A stretch of DNA of 64,000 nt from an uncultured Thermoplasmata archaeon. Lineage in GTDB: Archaea; Thermoplasmatota; Thermoplasmata; Lutacidiplasmatales; UBA184. Of the stretch, positions 29,535-40,275 are shown one piece after another. Position 1 is the stretch's first letter; each line of letters opens with the position of its first letter. Under the pieces are notes generated by a model, which did not search any database, had not been told where the DNA came from, and worked only from the letters and a program-made list of their open reading frames with translations. Where the stretch lies: positions 94,062 to 158,061 of the forward strand of contig CAVPSE010000005.1 of NCBI GenBank assembly GCA_963708255.1, written 5' to 3'. A program made the position numbers and the translations under genes.

Positions 29535-31958
29535 CTAGGCAGGGGGGCCTCCGGCCGTCCAGAGACGGGCGAGGAGCCGTTCGTGGTCCTGTGCCAGGTC
29601 GGGCCGGACCCGGTCGATGTTCAGCCTAAGGAGCTCCGCGGCCCGGCTCCGGGCGCCGGCGATGTCCTGCCGGGCCAGGGCGGTCTCGGCGAGCCTCAGC
29701 ACGACCTCGGCCTCGTCGGCGGGTACGTTCAGTTCCCGGGCCAGGCGGTACGCCTCCAGGAGCTCCGCCTCGGCGCGATCGACCTCGCCGGCCCGGAGCC
29801 GGATCTTCCCCTCGATGATCAGGGTCTGGACCAGCCCGAACCGGTCCCCGACCGGCTCGAGGATCTCCCGGGCCTGGGCGTTGGCGGCGAACGCCTCCTC
29901 GATGCGGCCCAGGTCCTGCGACAGATCGGCGATGTTGAACAGGGCCCACCCGAGCCTCCGGGAGTCGTGGGCCTTCTCGGCGAGCGCCTTCGCCTCCTCG
30001 AGGGCCTTGAGCCCCTCGTCGACGCGATCGTGCTGGCTCAGGACGATGCCGAGGTAGATCAGCGAGTACGCCGCCTCGCCGTTGTCCCCCTGTTCGATGA
30101 GGGACCGGGTCGCCCGCCGGTAGTCCTCGACCGCCTCCTCGAACCGTTCGGGGATCATCCCGAGGACGTTCGCCCTGCGGACCGTCTCCAGGGCCACCTC
30201 CCTGGCGTCGTTCTGCCCCTGGGCGATCGAGAGGGCCGCATCGTGCTCGGCGAGGGATTCGGGGAACCGGCCATAGAAGTACAGGAACTCTCCCCGGAGC
30301 CGCCGGAGCGCGAGGAGGGTCCGCGGCGTCATCCCCGTCGTGCCGTGCTCGAGGAGCTCCCGGGTGATCCTGTCCACCTCCTCCCAGCGTCCCTGGTCGG
30401 AGTAGATACGGGCCAGGAACACCGTCGCCACGGACCAGAGGGCGGGGGGGATCTCCGGGGCGCGGCCGACCTCCGAGAGGGCATCCGAGAGGAACCGCTC
30501 CGCGGCCTGCAGCTCCCCGAGCCGGTCGAGCTGGACCGCGAGATCGAGCGCGACCTCCAGCTCGGTCGAGTGGTCGGGCAGGGGGAGGCGTCGATAGCAC
30601 TCGAGGGCGCGCTCGAAGTGCTGGCGCGCGACGAGGGGCGCGAACGACCGGGCGGCGAACTCACCGGCGAGCCGGTTGTAGCCGGCCGCCTTGTCGTCGA
30701 GCTTAGCCAGGTAGGTGTGCCGGGCGAGGGCGTAGATGGTGGCCACGTCGACCGCCCCATGGGCCTCCAGGGCGTCCACGGCCCGCTTGTGGAGAAGGCG
30801 CCGCCGGGCCTCGGAGAGGCCCTGGTAGATCTGGGCCCGGAGATCGTCGCGCCGGAACTCGAGGGACTCGTCCGACTGTTCGCGCCAGAGGCCCCGGCCC
30901 ACCAGCCCCTGGACGAGCTCGGCGAGATGCTCCTCCTCCTCCCCGCTGGCACGCAGGAGGAGCGAGAACGGGAACTCCCGCCCGAGGATCGATCCGACGG
31001 CGAGGACCCGCTCCTCCTCGGGGCCGAGCTCCCGGACCTGGCGGGCCTGGTACTCGGCAAACTCCGGGGTCTCGGACCCGGCGGGGCCGCCGGTCCCGCC
31101 CACCTCGGTCCGGCGCTGGAGGATCTGCTCGAGGAACGACGGATTCCCCCCGGACTGGGAGTGCCAGCGGGTGAGGTCGTCCGCCGCCACCTTCGTGCCC
31201 GGTCCCTTCAGGCGGACGAACTCCGCGACCTCGCCGGCGTTGAGGGGACGGACCACGACCGCCTCGGCACCCCCCGCCCGTTCGATCGACTCGAGGATCG
31301 CCCGGCGGGGACCGGAGAGGGAGGAGAGCGGAAGGCGGGTCGCCACGACCCAGACGGCGTGCTCCGTGAGCTCCGGGACCATGTGGCCCAGCGCCTCCAA
31401 GGAGGCATCGTCCGCCAGGTGGAGGTCCTCGAGGACCAGGAGGGTCGGCGCTCGCCCCCCGATCTCCAGGAACCGGCCCGTCAGCTGGGTATCGAGCCGC
31501 GTGCGGCTGTCCCCGGTCCCTTCAATCGCGCCGGCGAACGGCTCGAGCACATGGTCGTCCAGGGTCCACGGGTCCCCGCCCTCCGGCGAGACCGGGAATC
31601 GCCCGAGCCCCCCCGCGGTCCGGAACGCCGATGGGGCGAAGGCGATCGGCGAGCTTCCCCCGGGCGTTTCCTCCGGCTCCGCGGCCGCCTGCTGGACGCT
31701 CGCCAGCGCCTCCCGGAGGAGGAGGAGCGGAGGGGGGTTCTCCAGGGAGCGGGCCCGGGCCATCAGGACCTGGAGCCCCTTCGCCCGGACCTCCCGGACG
31801 ATCCCGTCGATCAGGGTGGACTTGCCGACCCCGGCCTCCCCCTCGATGACCGTGAGGCCGCCTCGTCCGAACCGGACGGCGTCGCTGCGGCGGCGGAGCG
31901 CGTCCACCGCCTCCGGGCGGCCCACGAACGGCCGCTCGGCCCCGGAGGTCCCGGCCAT
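29535..31958 (-). CDS. AAA (STAND-like) ATPase with TPR repeats
   Basis: FVGR, GEAGVGKS, LEDLHLAD, SGGNPSFLE and C-terminal helical repeats. Confidence 0.85.
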   Translation of the reverse strand: MAGTSGAERPFVGRPEAVDALRRRSDAVRFGRGGLTVIEGEAGVGKSTLIDGIVREVRAKGLQVLMARARSLENPPPLLLLREALASVQQAAAEPEETPGGSSPIAFAPSAFRTAGGLGRFPVSPEGGDPWTLDDHVLEPFAGAIEGTGDSRTRLDTQLTGRFLEIGGRAPTLLVLEDLHLADDASLEALGHMVPELTEHAVWVVATRLPLSSLSGPRRAILESIERAGGAEAVVVRPLNAGEVAEFVRLKGPGTKVAADDLTRWHSQSGGNPSFLEQILQRRTEVGGTGGPAGSETPEFAEYQARQVRELGPEEERVLAVGSILGREFPFSLLLRASGEEEEHLAELVQGLVGRGLWREQSDESLEFRRDDLRAQIYQGLSEARRRLLHKRAVDALEAHGAVDVATIYALARHTYLAKLDDKAAGYNRLAGEFAARSFAPLVARQHFERALECYRRLPLPDHSTELEVALDLAVQLDRLGELQAAERFLSDALSEVGRAPEIPPALWSVATVFLARIYSDQGRWEEVDRITRELLEHGTTGMTPRTLLALRRLRGEFLYFYGRFPESLAEHDAALSIAQGQNDAREVALETVRRANVLGMIPERFEEAVEDYRRATRSLIEQGDNGEAAYSLIYLGIVLSQHDRVDEGLKALEEAKALAEKAHDSRRLGWALFNIADLSQDLGRIEEAFAANAQAREILEPVGDRFGLVQTLIIEGKIRLRAGEVDRAEAELLEAYRLARELNVPADEAEVVLRLAETALARQDIAGARSRAAELLRLNIDRVRPDLAQDHERLLARLWTAGGPPA

Positions 31959-31989
31959 TCCTCCCGTCTTATGGGGAGGGCGACGTATA

Positions 31990-33184
31990 TCAGGTTCGCG
32001 CGGCCGGCACGGGGTAGAACGGCGTTGGGACCACCTCGGCCGGGACCTTGCGGCCCCGGATCTCGAGCTCGACGTGGGTCCCGACCGCGGACTGCGCGGT
32101 GGGGAGGTAGGCGAGGCCGATCCCATAGTTGAGCGAGGGCGAGAGGCCCCCGCTGGTGAGCTCGGTCCGGTGCTCACCGACCAGGACCGGGGTGCCGTGG
32201 CGTGGGATGGCGCCCGGGGTGTCGACGCGCAGGCCGGCCAGCCGCACCGCGGGCCCGTCCTTCACCTGCTGCTCGATCACCGGTCGCCCCACGAAGGCAT
32301 GGTCGAGCTCGACGAACTTGTCCTGGGCCGCCTCGATCGGCGACCGGTCCCGATGGAAGTCCTGCCCCGAGAGGAGGTACCCCTTCTCGAGACGCAGCGT
32401 GTCCCGGGCCCCGAGCCCGCAGGGCACGACACCGGCGGCGAGCAGCCGCTCGGCGAGGGGCGCGGCGTCCGCGGCCCGGACGAACAGCTCGTCAGCCGGT
32501 CTCGCCGGTGTACCCGGTCCGCCCGACCCAGTGGGAGTGCGCCAGATCCGGGAGCGCCGGGGCACCGAGGTCGCCCTTGGACCCCCTTGCCTCGGGGCCG
32601 TGAGAAGGGAACCGGCGCGCATGGTAGAACTTGAGTCCCGACAGGTCCCAGCCGAACATCGCCTCCAGGGTCGCCCGGGCCTTGGGCCCCTGGACCGCGA
32701 GGATCGAGACGTCGGGGTTGTGCCAAGCCAGCGCGGTGTCCGGGAGCCGGTGGGACCTCAGGAGGTCGAACACCGCGGAGGCGTTGGCGGCGTTGGGGAC
32801 CACGAGGAAACCCTGTTCAGGGACCGCTCCGTTGTCGAGGCGCGTGACCAGCAGGTCGTCGATGATCGCCCCCGTGGCGTCCAGCAGGAACGTGTACCGC
32901 ACCTGCCCGGGGACGAGCCGGGGGACGTTGCACGTGGTCCGACGGGCGAGCAGGGCGGCCGCCGTCGCCCCGAGCGCTGTGATGACCCCCATGTGCGAAA
33001 CGTCGAACAGCCCGACGCCGGTACGGACGGCGCGGTGCTCGGCGATGATGCCCTCGTAGTACAGGGGCATCTCCCAGCCGGCGAACGGGACCATGTGGCC
33101 CCCGTGGGCCACGTGGAAGGCGTGGAGGGCGGTGGTCCGCAGCGGGGGCGCCGGTCGCGAGGGGGCGGGGGTCGGCAGCGTCAT
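31990..33184 (-). CDS. gcvT: Glycine cleavage system aminomethyltransferase T, frameshift near 32497
   Basis: FAGWEMP, LFDVSHMG, RTGYTGE, GLGARDTLRLEKG. Confidence 0.93.
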
Positions 33185-34339
33185 GTGACGATCTCCGGGA
33201 GACGTCCGAGCTCTAACGCGTGGCGGACCTCCAGCGCGATCCGCCGGCCCGAGCTCATGGGGACCCTCCAGAGGGCGTTGCCGTACGGATGGCCCACCCC
33301 GAGGTGGATGTTGGTGCCTCCGCCGATCCGGGCCGCCACGTCGAACACCCACGGCTTCCCATCGGGGTCCACGCACGTCTGCAGGCAGAACGGTCCGAGG
33401 ATCCCGGGGGGAGCTGAACGACGGGAGGCCTCCACGAACCGCTCCCCCATCCGGAACACTTCCTCCAGGAGCGACTCACGGACCGTCAGGGTCCCGTGGC
33501 CCACGACGGTGTAGTCGGGGGTCCGGGCCGAGGCGGGCAGCGCCAGCTGCTGCTCGGCGGGGAGCCGGACGAGCCCGTCCAACGAGCTTTCCCGTCGCTC
33601 ATCGACACCGAGGAGCTCGAGCCCGTCCTCCCGGGGGACCAGAGGGGAGAAGAAGAAATTGAAGTTGAACACGGGGCCGAGGATGTATCGCTCGATCCGG
33701 GCGGTCGAAAGGTCCTCCCGGGTGATCGTCCCGCGCGCGATCATCTCCTCGGACTTGCGATGGTACTCCTCGGCGGTGGCGACCGTGAAGAAGCCCCGTT
33801 CGAGCCGGCGCTTCGCGTGGGGGAGCTTCACGATCGTGAGGCCGTCGATCGAGCGGGGGTCGGACACCTCGCGAGGGGCGGGGATGCCGGCCCTCTCGAG
33901 GAGCTGGTAGTAGTTCTCCCGCTCCGTCCGCTCCTCGATGCGCAGCAGGGCCCGGGACCCGACGATGGGGACCTTCAGATCGTCCTCGATCGCCGGGATC
34001 GGAACGTAGGAGCTCAGGGCCCGGTTCGGGACCAGGAGGACCGAGCGACGCCGCAGCCGGTCCTGCTCTTCGGGGCGCACGAGCGCGTCGAACCGGTCGT
34101 ACGTCCATACCTCGTCGACGCATCCCCGCACGACGTTCCCCTTCGCGTCCCGCCGGGTCCGATAGTACCTGCGAGTACGTCCGCTCCCGGCCGCGCTGGG
34201 CGAGGACCAGCGTCGGGAACCCCTCGGAGATGGCCCCATCGGCGATATCGAGCGCCGAGTGGGACCCGATGGAACCGATCGTCGGCCGAGGATCGTAGTC
34301 GCGTACGATCGCCTCGATCTCGGACCGGGCCAGGGCCAT
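33181..34339 (-). CDS. purP: PurP family formate-dependent AICAR formyltransferase (ATP-grasp), frameshift near 34168
   Basis: IGSHSALDIADGA, VPNRA, ERGFF, ILGPFCLQ, DVAARIGGGTN, MSSGRRIA. Confidence 0.88.
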
Positions 34340-34466
34340 GGCCCGCCCACGGTCGCGGGAGTTTAAGGGCTGGGGAGACGCCCCCGAGGGGCGGTTCGCC
34401 CCGGCCCCGGAGGCGCGACCGTCCGTGTGGTTCTTTTATCGGGGGTGCGTTGGGGCACTGTCCCCC

Positions 34467-35006
34467 ATGCCGTTCGAGCTCACGTTGCGGTACACGACGC
34501 CGCTGACGCCGATCTCGGACGTCGACGAGGTGCTCGAGGAGTTCCTCCGGATGGTGGGGTACCTCCCGGAGGGCGAGGACCACCGGGGCGGCGTCGGCCC
34601 GATCTCGACGACGCTGCCGTACCGGATGTTCCGGGAGTGCTTCCTTAGGGACCCGGCGAGGCCGTGGTACGCCGAGGAGCTGGTGGCGGTCCTGAAGACC
34701 TCCAAGCCCACCGTCTACCGACACCTCAACAAACTGAAGTCGCTCGACATGCTCGAGGAGGTGCCCGGGGCGGCCGACGGGAAGGGCCGAAAGGGCTATC
34801 GGCTCCGGTATGGCAACCTCGCCCGCGCCTGGGACTTCACGGAAGCGAACGCGACCAACGCGCTCCGACGGTACCGGGAGACGGTGGACCACTTGCAGAC
34901 CCTCCTCGAACGCACGCCTCTCACCCCCGGGCCCATGGCCCCGGTCCCGCCGGCCGCCGCCCCGGCGGCCAAGGCCGCTCCCAAGATCCGAGCTTCCAGT
35001 CGATGA
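34467..35006 (+). CDS. Winged-HTH transcriptional regulator
   Basis: EELVAVLKTSKPTVYRHLNKLKSLDMLEE. TTTTAT box at about 34434. Confidence 0.8.
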   Translation: MPFELTLRYTTPLTPISDVDEVLEEFLRMVGYLPEGEDHRGGVGPISTTLPYRMFRECFLRDPARPWYAEELVAVLKTSKPTVYRHLNKLKSLDMLEEVPGAADGKGRKGYRLRYGNLARAWDFTEANATNALRRYRETVDHLQTLLERTPLTPGPMAPVPPAAAPAAKAAPKIRASSR

Positions 35007-35308
35007 CGACCGAACTCCCCCCTCCGAAGAAGCCCGCCATCGCGCTGACCAACGGCTCGCGGATCCGGATCCGCTCGGCCGGGACCCGGGACGACGCCCT
35101 CGTCTCGACCGGCCTGTTCCGTGGCCTCGTGAGCGTCGGCGGCGACAACTCGATCGCCATCGAGCTCGGCGAAGGGACGAAGGAGGAGAAGGGCCTCGTC
35201 CGGCTGATCCCGCTCAACGCCGTGCTGGCGATCGATGTGCTCGAGGCGGCGAAGCCCGAGGAGGAGAAGCGGGCGGACCCCGCGGCCTCCCAGGCGTACT
35301 TCCGGTAG
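35003..35308 (+). CDS. Small beta-rich hypothetical protein (possible Sm/SH3-like fold)
   Basis: ATGA overlap with the regulator; G-F-G...IEL...RLIPLNAVLAIDVL. Confidence 0.65.
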   Translation: MTTELPPPKKPAIALTNGSRIRIRSAGTRDDALVSTGLFRGLVSVGGDNSIAIELGEGTKEEKGLVRLIPLNAVLAIDVLEAAKPEEEKRADPAASQAYFR

Positions 35309-35313
35309 TCGAA

Positions 35314-35415
35314 CGGGCTTGCTGGGAGTTCCGCCGACGGCCGGCGCCGTCGGATTCGAACCCAGGTCTCTGGCTTCGAAGGCCAGAAGGATAGTCCAAA
35401 CTACCCCACAAGCCC
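35314..35415 (-). tRNA. tRNA-Arg(TCG) with a 27-nt T-loop intron (35328-35354)
   Basis: Acceptor GGGCTTG/CAAGCCC, anticodon arm CTGGC-CTTCGAA-GCCAG. The T arm CTGGG-TTCGAA|T-CCCAG forms only after intron removal. TATA (AAATATAAG) about 25 nt upstream. Confidence 0.92.
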
Positions 35416-35544
35416 GCGGCGGTCGGACGGGTGCCCTTATATTTGGGAGTTCCCCACCGCGCCTCCCCTCACCTCCGGTGAGTTCGCCCGGTGCTCGGCC
35501 GGGGTGCGTCAGATACTACCTCCCCGGGGCCCACCCCTAGATTG

Positions 35545-35976
35545 ATGACGAACGCTCCCGATCTCACGGTGCGCGAGTACGACCCTGCCGACCGCTCCTT
35601 CCTCGGCTGGACCCTGAGGACCTCCGCCCGGCGGTTCCTCCAGTACGGCCCGATGCAGGAGGACACGACCCTGGACCAGCGGGTCCAGGAGGCCGCGGGG
35701 GTGATCGAGCGCCGGAGCCGGGAGGGCTGGGTCGTCCTCGTCGCCTCGTGGCGCGGCGAACGCTGCGGGCTCCTGATCGCCCCGCCGCTCGGCAGCCGCG
35801 GGATGGAGGAGCTCGGCGTGCCGGGAGTCTCGGTCAAGCGCTCCGGCGCCCAGGTCTACATGGACCGCTGGTACCTGGAGCTCGGCGTGGAGCCGGCCCT
35901 CGACGAGGCGGCCGACCTCGCCCGGCAGGCCTCCGGGCCCCGGCGCGGCGCCCCCCTCGGCGGCGCCAACGCCTAG
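35545..35976 (+). CDS. Hypothetical protein
   Basis: GC3-biased ORF MTNAPDLTVREYDPADRSF...; ends overlapping the polC stop. Confidence 0.6.
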   Translation: MTNAPDLTVREYDPADRSFLGWTLRTSARRFLQYGPMQEDTTLDQRVQEAAGVIERRSREGWVVLVASWRGERCGLLIAPPLGSRGMEELGVPGVSVKRSGAQVYMDRWYLELGVEPALDEAADLARQASGPRRGAPLGGANA

Positions 35977-38900
35977 CCAGGAGGGTCGGACCCCTCGCCT
36001 TCGTACGTCTCCAGCGTGGTCTGGGTGACCTCGGTGGGGAACATCGTGGCGAGGGACGTGTCGAGCAGCTGGATCCGCTGGCGAAGGTACGGCGTCACCC
36101 CGGCGGTGGACGCAAGACGCTGGGAGAGCCCCAGGTACTTGCGGACCGCCCCCTCGTAGACGGTCGGCAAAAGCTCGCCCCCGCAGGGGGTGGGCCGGCC
36201 CTTCGTGGAGGTGCAGTGGCCGGTGAGCGGTGGCCGGCGGTACGAGAGCCCGCAGGCCTTGCAGCGGAACTTCTGGGTCGCGTAGCTCTTGAGGTTCCCC
36301 ATGAGATCCGGGCAGGAAGTGGTGGTTGAGGACGAGGGAGACCGCGTCGGCCACGTCGACGGCCCGGATCTGGGAGGTCAACACGAGGGAGAGCTCGACC
36401 CCGCTCGACATGGAGCCCGCCTCCCGGTACGCGGAGCGGACGGGGCCGCCCGCGATGTCCGACGTGTCGTGGGTGAAGCCGATCCCCTCGAGCGGGCTTT
36501 CCCGGGTCAGCCGCTGCCCGAGGGTCGCGATCATCGGCTCGGCCTCCTTCGCGGGCCGTCCGGCCTCCGCGAGGTGGTAGAACTCCAGTGGGTAGTGGCT
36601 CGCCACGTCGAGGTTGTGGGCCTCCTTGTCCACCTCGGTGGGATCGAGCCGGGTGGTCAGCACCAGGGGCTTGTCCATCAGAGCCCCCCGGCTCTCCGGA
36701 AGGTACGCGCGGGAGAAGTTCAACAGGGTGTCCATCAGCAGGGTGACCGAGTCTTCGTCCCCGTCGCAGTTCCGCCGCTTCGCCGCGTGGAACACCGGGT
36801 GGGCGAAGCAGGCCTCGGCCTCGGTGTACCCGATGATCCGTCCGGCGACCCCGCCGGACGTGTGCGGGGCCAGGGCCACCACGATCGCGCCCAGCAGGTC
36901 CTCGGGTTGCGTCGCCCGGTAGAACGGCTCGAGGCCGTACAGCTTGACCAGCTCCTCATCGACGAACTGGGCGAGCTTCAGCAAGTAGTCCCCACAGGAG
37001 CGGGCGACGACCACGTCCTGGGGACGTAGCTCCACGAGCTGTTCCGGGTCCACCAACGGCGAGCCAGACCAGTCCGTCAGATACCCAAGGGCGTGGGCGG
37101 AGGATAGAGAGAGGCCGATCTCCCTCGGCCGGAAGTGGGTCAGCGGCAGATCCGTGAGGTCGAACCGGGCAGTGCCGTCCTGGTAGACCGAGATGCCGTG
37201 GGTCGCCCGTAGGATCCCCTTCTCGAGCATCTCGGGGACCTTGCCCGGGGAGGTGAGGCCCTTGACCCCCTTCACCTCGGGGATCTTCCGGTTCCCCAGC
37301 CGGCGGTTCGCGTCGGCCCACAGCTTCGCCACCGGGATCGGCTCCGTCACCACGTCGCCGGTCGGTTCGGTATGCCGGCCACATCCGCACCGGAGCCAGA
37401 CCGTCGAACGGCCGCAGCCGGGGCAGCGTCGGTGGCCGAGCGGGACGTCCACCCCTTCCTTGGCCGTCCTCCGGGCGGCCTCGGTGACGGACCGGTGGCT
37501 CCCGCCAGCCTCTCCCAGCGGGAAGAGGACGTGGACGTTGGGGGTCATAGAGCGGTGTCGGGCTTTCTCAGGGCGCCCCACTCGGGCCCCGATCCGGGCC
37601 GGCCCCTTCGCCCGGACCATGACCCCGGCGAGCCGGCTCGCGTACTCGAGGGGAAGCCCCTCGATCGGTTCCAGGGCGGCCCGCCGAACGATCCGCCCGT
37701 CCCGGGCCTCCAATCCCAAGGGACCGAGGAGGGCGCCGGTGAGGCTCACCTCGCCGGTGAGCTCCGAGGAGCCCCGAGGCTGGAACAGGAACCCGAGCCG
37801 GACCAGAAGCTCGCGAGGCCCCGTCGACCACGGAAGCAGGAGGGTCCCCGTCTCGAGCCGCCCCGCGGATTCGACGTAGCGCGAGAGCTCGGCGATCTCG
37901 ATCGCGGTCAGGTCGTGCCAGAACAACAGCTGCCGGGGATGGAGCGGGACCCCGTACCGGTGGCTCTCCTCGAGCGCCTCCTCGTAGGACGGGTGGACCG
38001 AGACGGGGGCCCCCGCCTTCTCGAGCTCGGCCCAATGCCAGTCCATCGAGTAGGCGGCGGGCAGGAGGGGCCGGTTGTTCTCCAGGAACTCCCCGAACGG
38101 CACCAGGATCTCGCCGAGGTCGATGATCCGCCGGATCCGTCCGACGATCGCGGTCGCCCGGTCCGCGTCGTGGACCGCGATCACCGAACCGTCCGTGAGC
38201 TCCACAATAGGCCCCTCGATCGAGTCGCAGAGGGCCATCGCCGTCGCCTTGCCGGGTACTCGAGCTTCACCTGGGTCCCGACAGCCACGAAGTTCCGCAG
38301 CACGATCATCGTCGCCGGGTTGAGCCCGCACGAGGCGAGCCCGCCGGTCCGGGCCCGCCCGTAGACGAGCCGGAACCCTCCCGGCCGATGTGGGTAGGCG
38401 AGGATGGGGCGACCCCCGACCGCCTCGGTGAGGTACTTGGGGGCGCTCCCGTCGTCGGAGCTCTTCTGGCGGCCGAGCCGGACGAGGAACTCCCAGCCGG
38501 GTAGCTCGAGCTTGTCGACGACCTTGCGGAGCTTCGCCGATTTCTGGCAGAGCCCCTCTGCAATGACGAGGCAGGCACCCCCGCGGATCCCGTTGGTCGG
38601 GACTCGTGGGAGGTTGCGGAACGCGCTCACCTCTGCGTCCCCCTCGGTGGACTCCCCGGAGACGCACACCGGCACGTGGCGGGCGACGAGGTCGATCTCC
38701 TCGGCGCTGGGGACGTACTGGAGGTGCTGGAGGTGCTTGTAGAGAGGTACTTCCTCCTGGTAACGGCCGACCTCGTTCTCCTCCGGGACATACGCCGCGA
38801 GTCCCAGGTCTCGGCGGAGCACGTCGGCGAGCAGTACCGACAGGGCCTGCGCGGTACCGCCGGCGGCGCGGATCGGCCCCGCGTAGTAGAGCTCGATGTA

Positions 38901-39290
38901 GGTGGTGCCGCCCCGGCCCTCCCGGAGGTGCACCTCGGCGAGGCCCTCCAACGGTGCCACGAGGATCCCTTCGGTGAGGACCGCGAGGCCGACCCGGAGG
39001 GCCGCGTCGATGCGGGCCTCCAGCGTGCCTCTCGACGCGTCCCGGGCCAACCGCCGGGCGATCGTGAACGCGACCTCCTCCCGGGGCATCTCGGCGCAGA
39101 GCGCGCGGATCTCCAGCGAGATGCCGTCGATCTTGAGGTGGGCGAGGAGCTTCTCCACCCGCATCGCCATGTCCTCGGCGGGTGGCACCTCAGGTACGGT
39201 CTCGGGGTCGATCCCGACGGCCCGCGCGGCCTTGGCTACCTCATAGGCCTGTTCGATGGAGGCCGAGAGCGACGCCCGGTACGACTCCAC
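35973..39290 (-). CDS. polC: DNA polymerase D large subunit (DP2), frameshifts near 38250 and 36310; start uncertain
   Basis: LTEGILVAPLEG, AGPIRAAGGTAQA, GGFRLVYGRAR, GRPEKA, HAAKRRNCDGDEDS, GNLKSYATQKFRC. Confidence 0.93.
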
Positions 39291-39336
39291 GGTCGGGGGA
39301 CGCGGCCCTCGGGTTTGAACCTTCGCGCGCCCGGGG

Positions 39337-40155
39337 TCACCCTCGACCCCTGGAAACGTCGCCGGGCCCGAAAAGTCGCTCAACGAGCGCGGGCAGCCCC
39401 CGGAACGACCGAATCTTCCGATCCGCCGCCTGGGAGGCCGGGATCGGGGGCGCGAACACCTTCGCGTACGAGGGACTATAGGAGGCGTGGCCGAGGAACT
39501 GCACACACGCCCGGAACCCCGCCCGATGGGCCCCCACCACGTCCGACCATCCGTCCCCCACATGGATAGCCCGGGACGGCGGGACCCGGAGGCGCCGCAG
39601 ACACCATCGGAACAGTTCCGGCGCGGGCTTGGTCCAAGGGTGCTGGTCGCTCCACGCCCACTCCTGGATCTGCCCCGCGAACCCGAACCTGTGCAGGACC
39701 TTCTGGAGGGCCCGGCCGGGCTCCCCGACGGTGTTCGAAACGACACCGACTCGGTACCCGGCGGCCCGGACGCGTCGGAGCGCGACACCGGCACCGGGAG
39801 CGGCGCGGAGCGGGAGGCGGTCCACCAGCTCCTCGATGCGACGAACGTACTCGTCCGGCCGAGCGCGTCGGTCCAATCGGTCCGCGACGGCCTGGATCTG
39901 CTGGGCCGGCGTGCACGTGACCCCGCGGCGGGACAGCCACGCCGCCTGCTCGAACTCGCGCCGGAACGCCCGGCGGGCCACGGCGAGGCTCGGTGCCGGG
40001 CGGCCGCGAGGTCCGGCCGGCCAGCTCCGCAGCAGATCGCCCGCGGCGTCTACGAGGGAGGTCACGTACCCCTCTTCCTCCTCCGGCGCCAGGTACACGA
40101 GGGTGTACCAGACGTCGAAGGTGACGGCGCGTGGCGCCGTCGGGGTCCGTCCCAT
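39337..40155 (-). CDS. HAD family hydrolase
   Basis: TFDVWYTL, VVSNT, KPAPELF, HVGDGWSDVVGA. Confidence 0.85.
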   Translation of the reverse strand: MGRTPTAPRAVTFDVWYTLVYLAPEEEEGYVTSLVDAAGDLLRSWPAGPRGRPAPSLAVARRAFRREFEQAAWLSRRGVTCTPAQQIQAVADRLDRRARPDEYVRRIEELVDRLPLRAAPGAGVALRRVRAAGYRVGVVSNTVGEPGRALQKVLHRFGFAGQIQEWAWSDQHPWTKPAPELFRWCLRRLRVPPSRAIHVGDGWSDVVGAHRAGFRACVQFLGHASYSPSYAKVFAPPIPASQAADRKIRSFRGLPALVERLFGPGDVSRGRG

Positions 40156-40275
40156 GCTCGGACCTAGCGGGGCCCGGGATTAACTGTAGCGCCCGGCGGC
40201 CGCGCGTGCGACGGCGGGGCGGCCCGACGACCCCGTGACTAAATAGCCCGGCACCGGTGCGCCGCCGAAGGGACC

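Noticed and set aside
35314-35360. tRNA 3' end as an integration-site (att) duplication
   Set aside because: The insert is only 27 nt, forms a BHB motif, and no integrase is present; an intron explains it.
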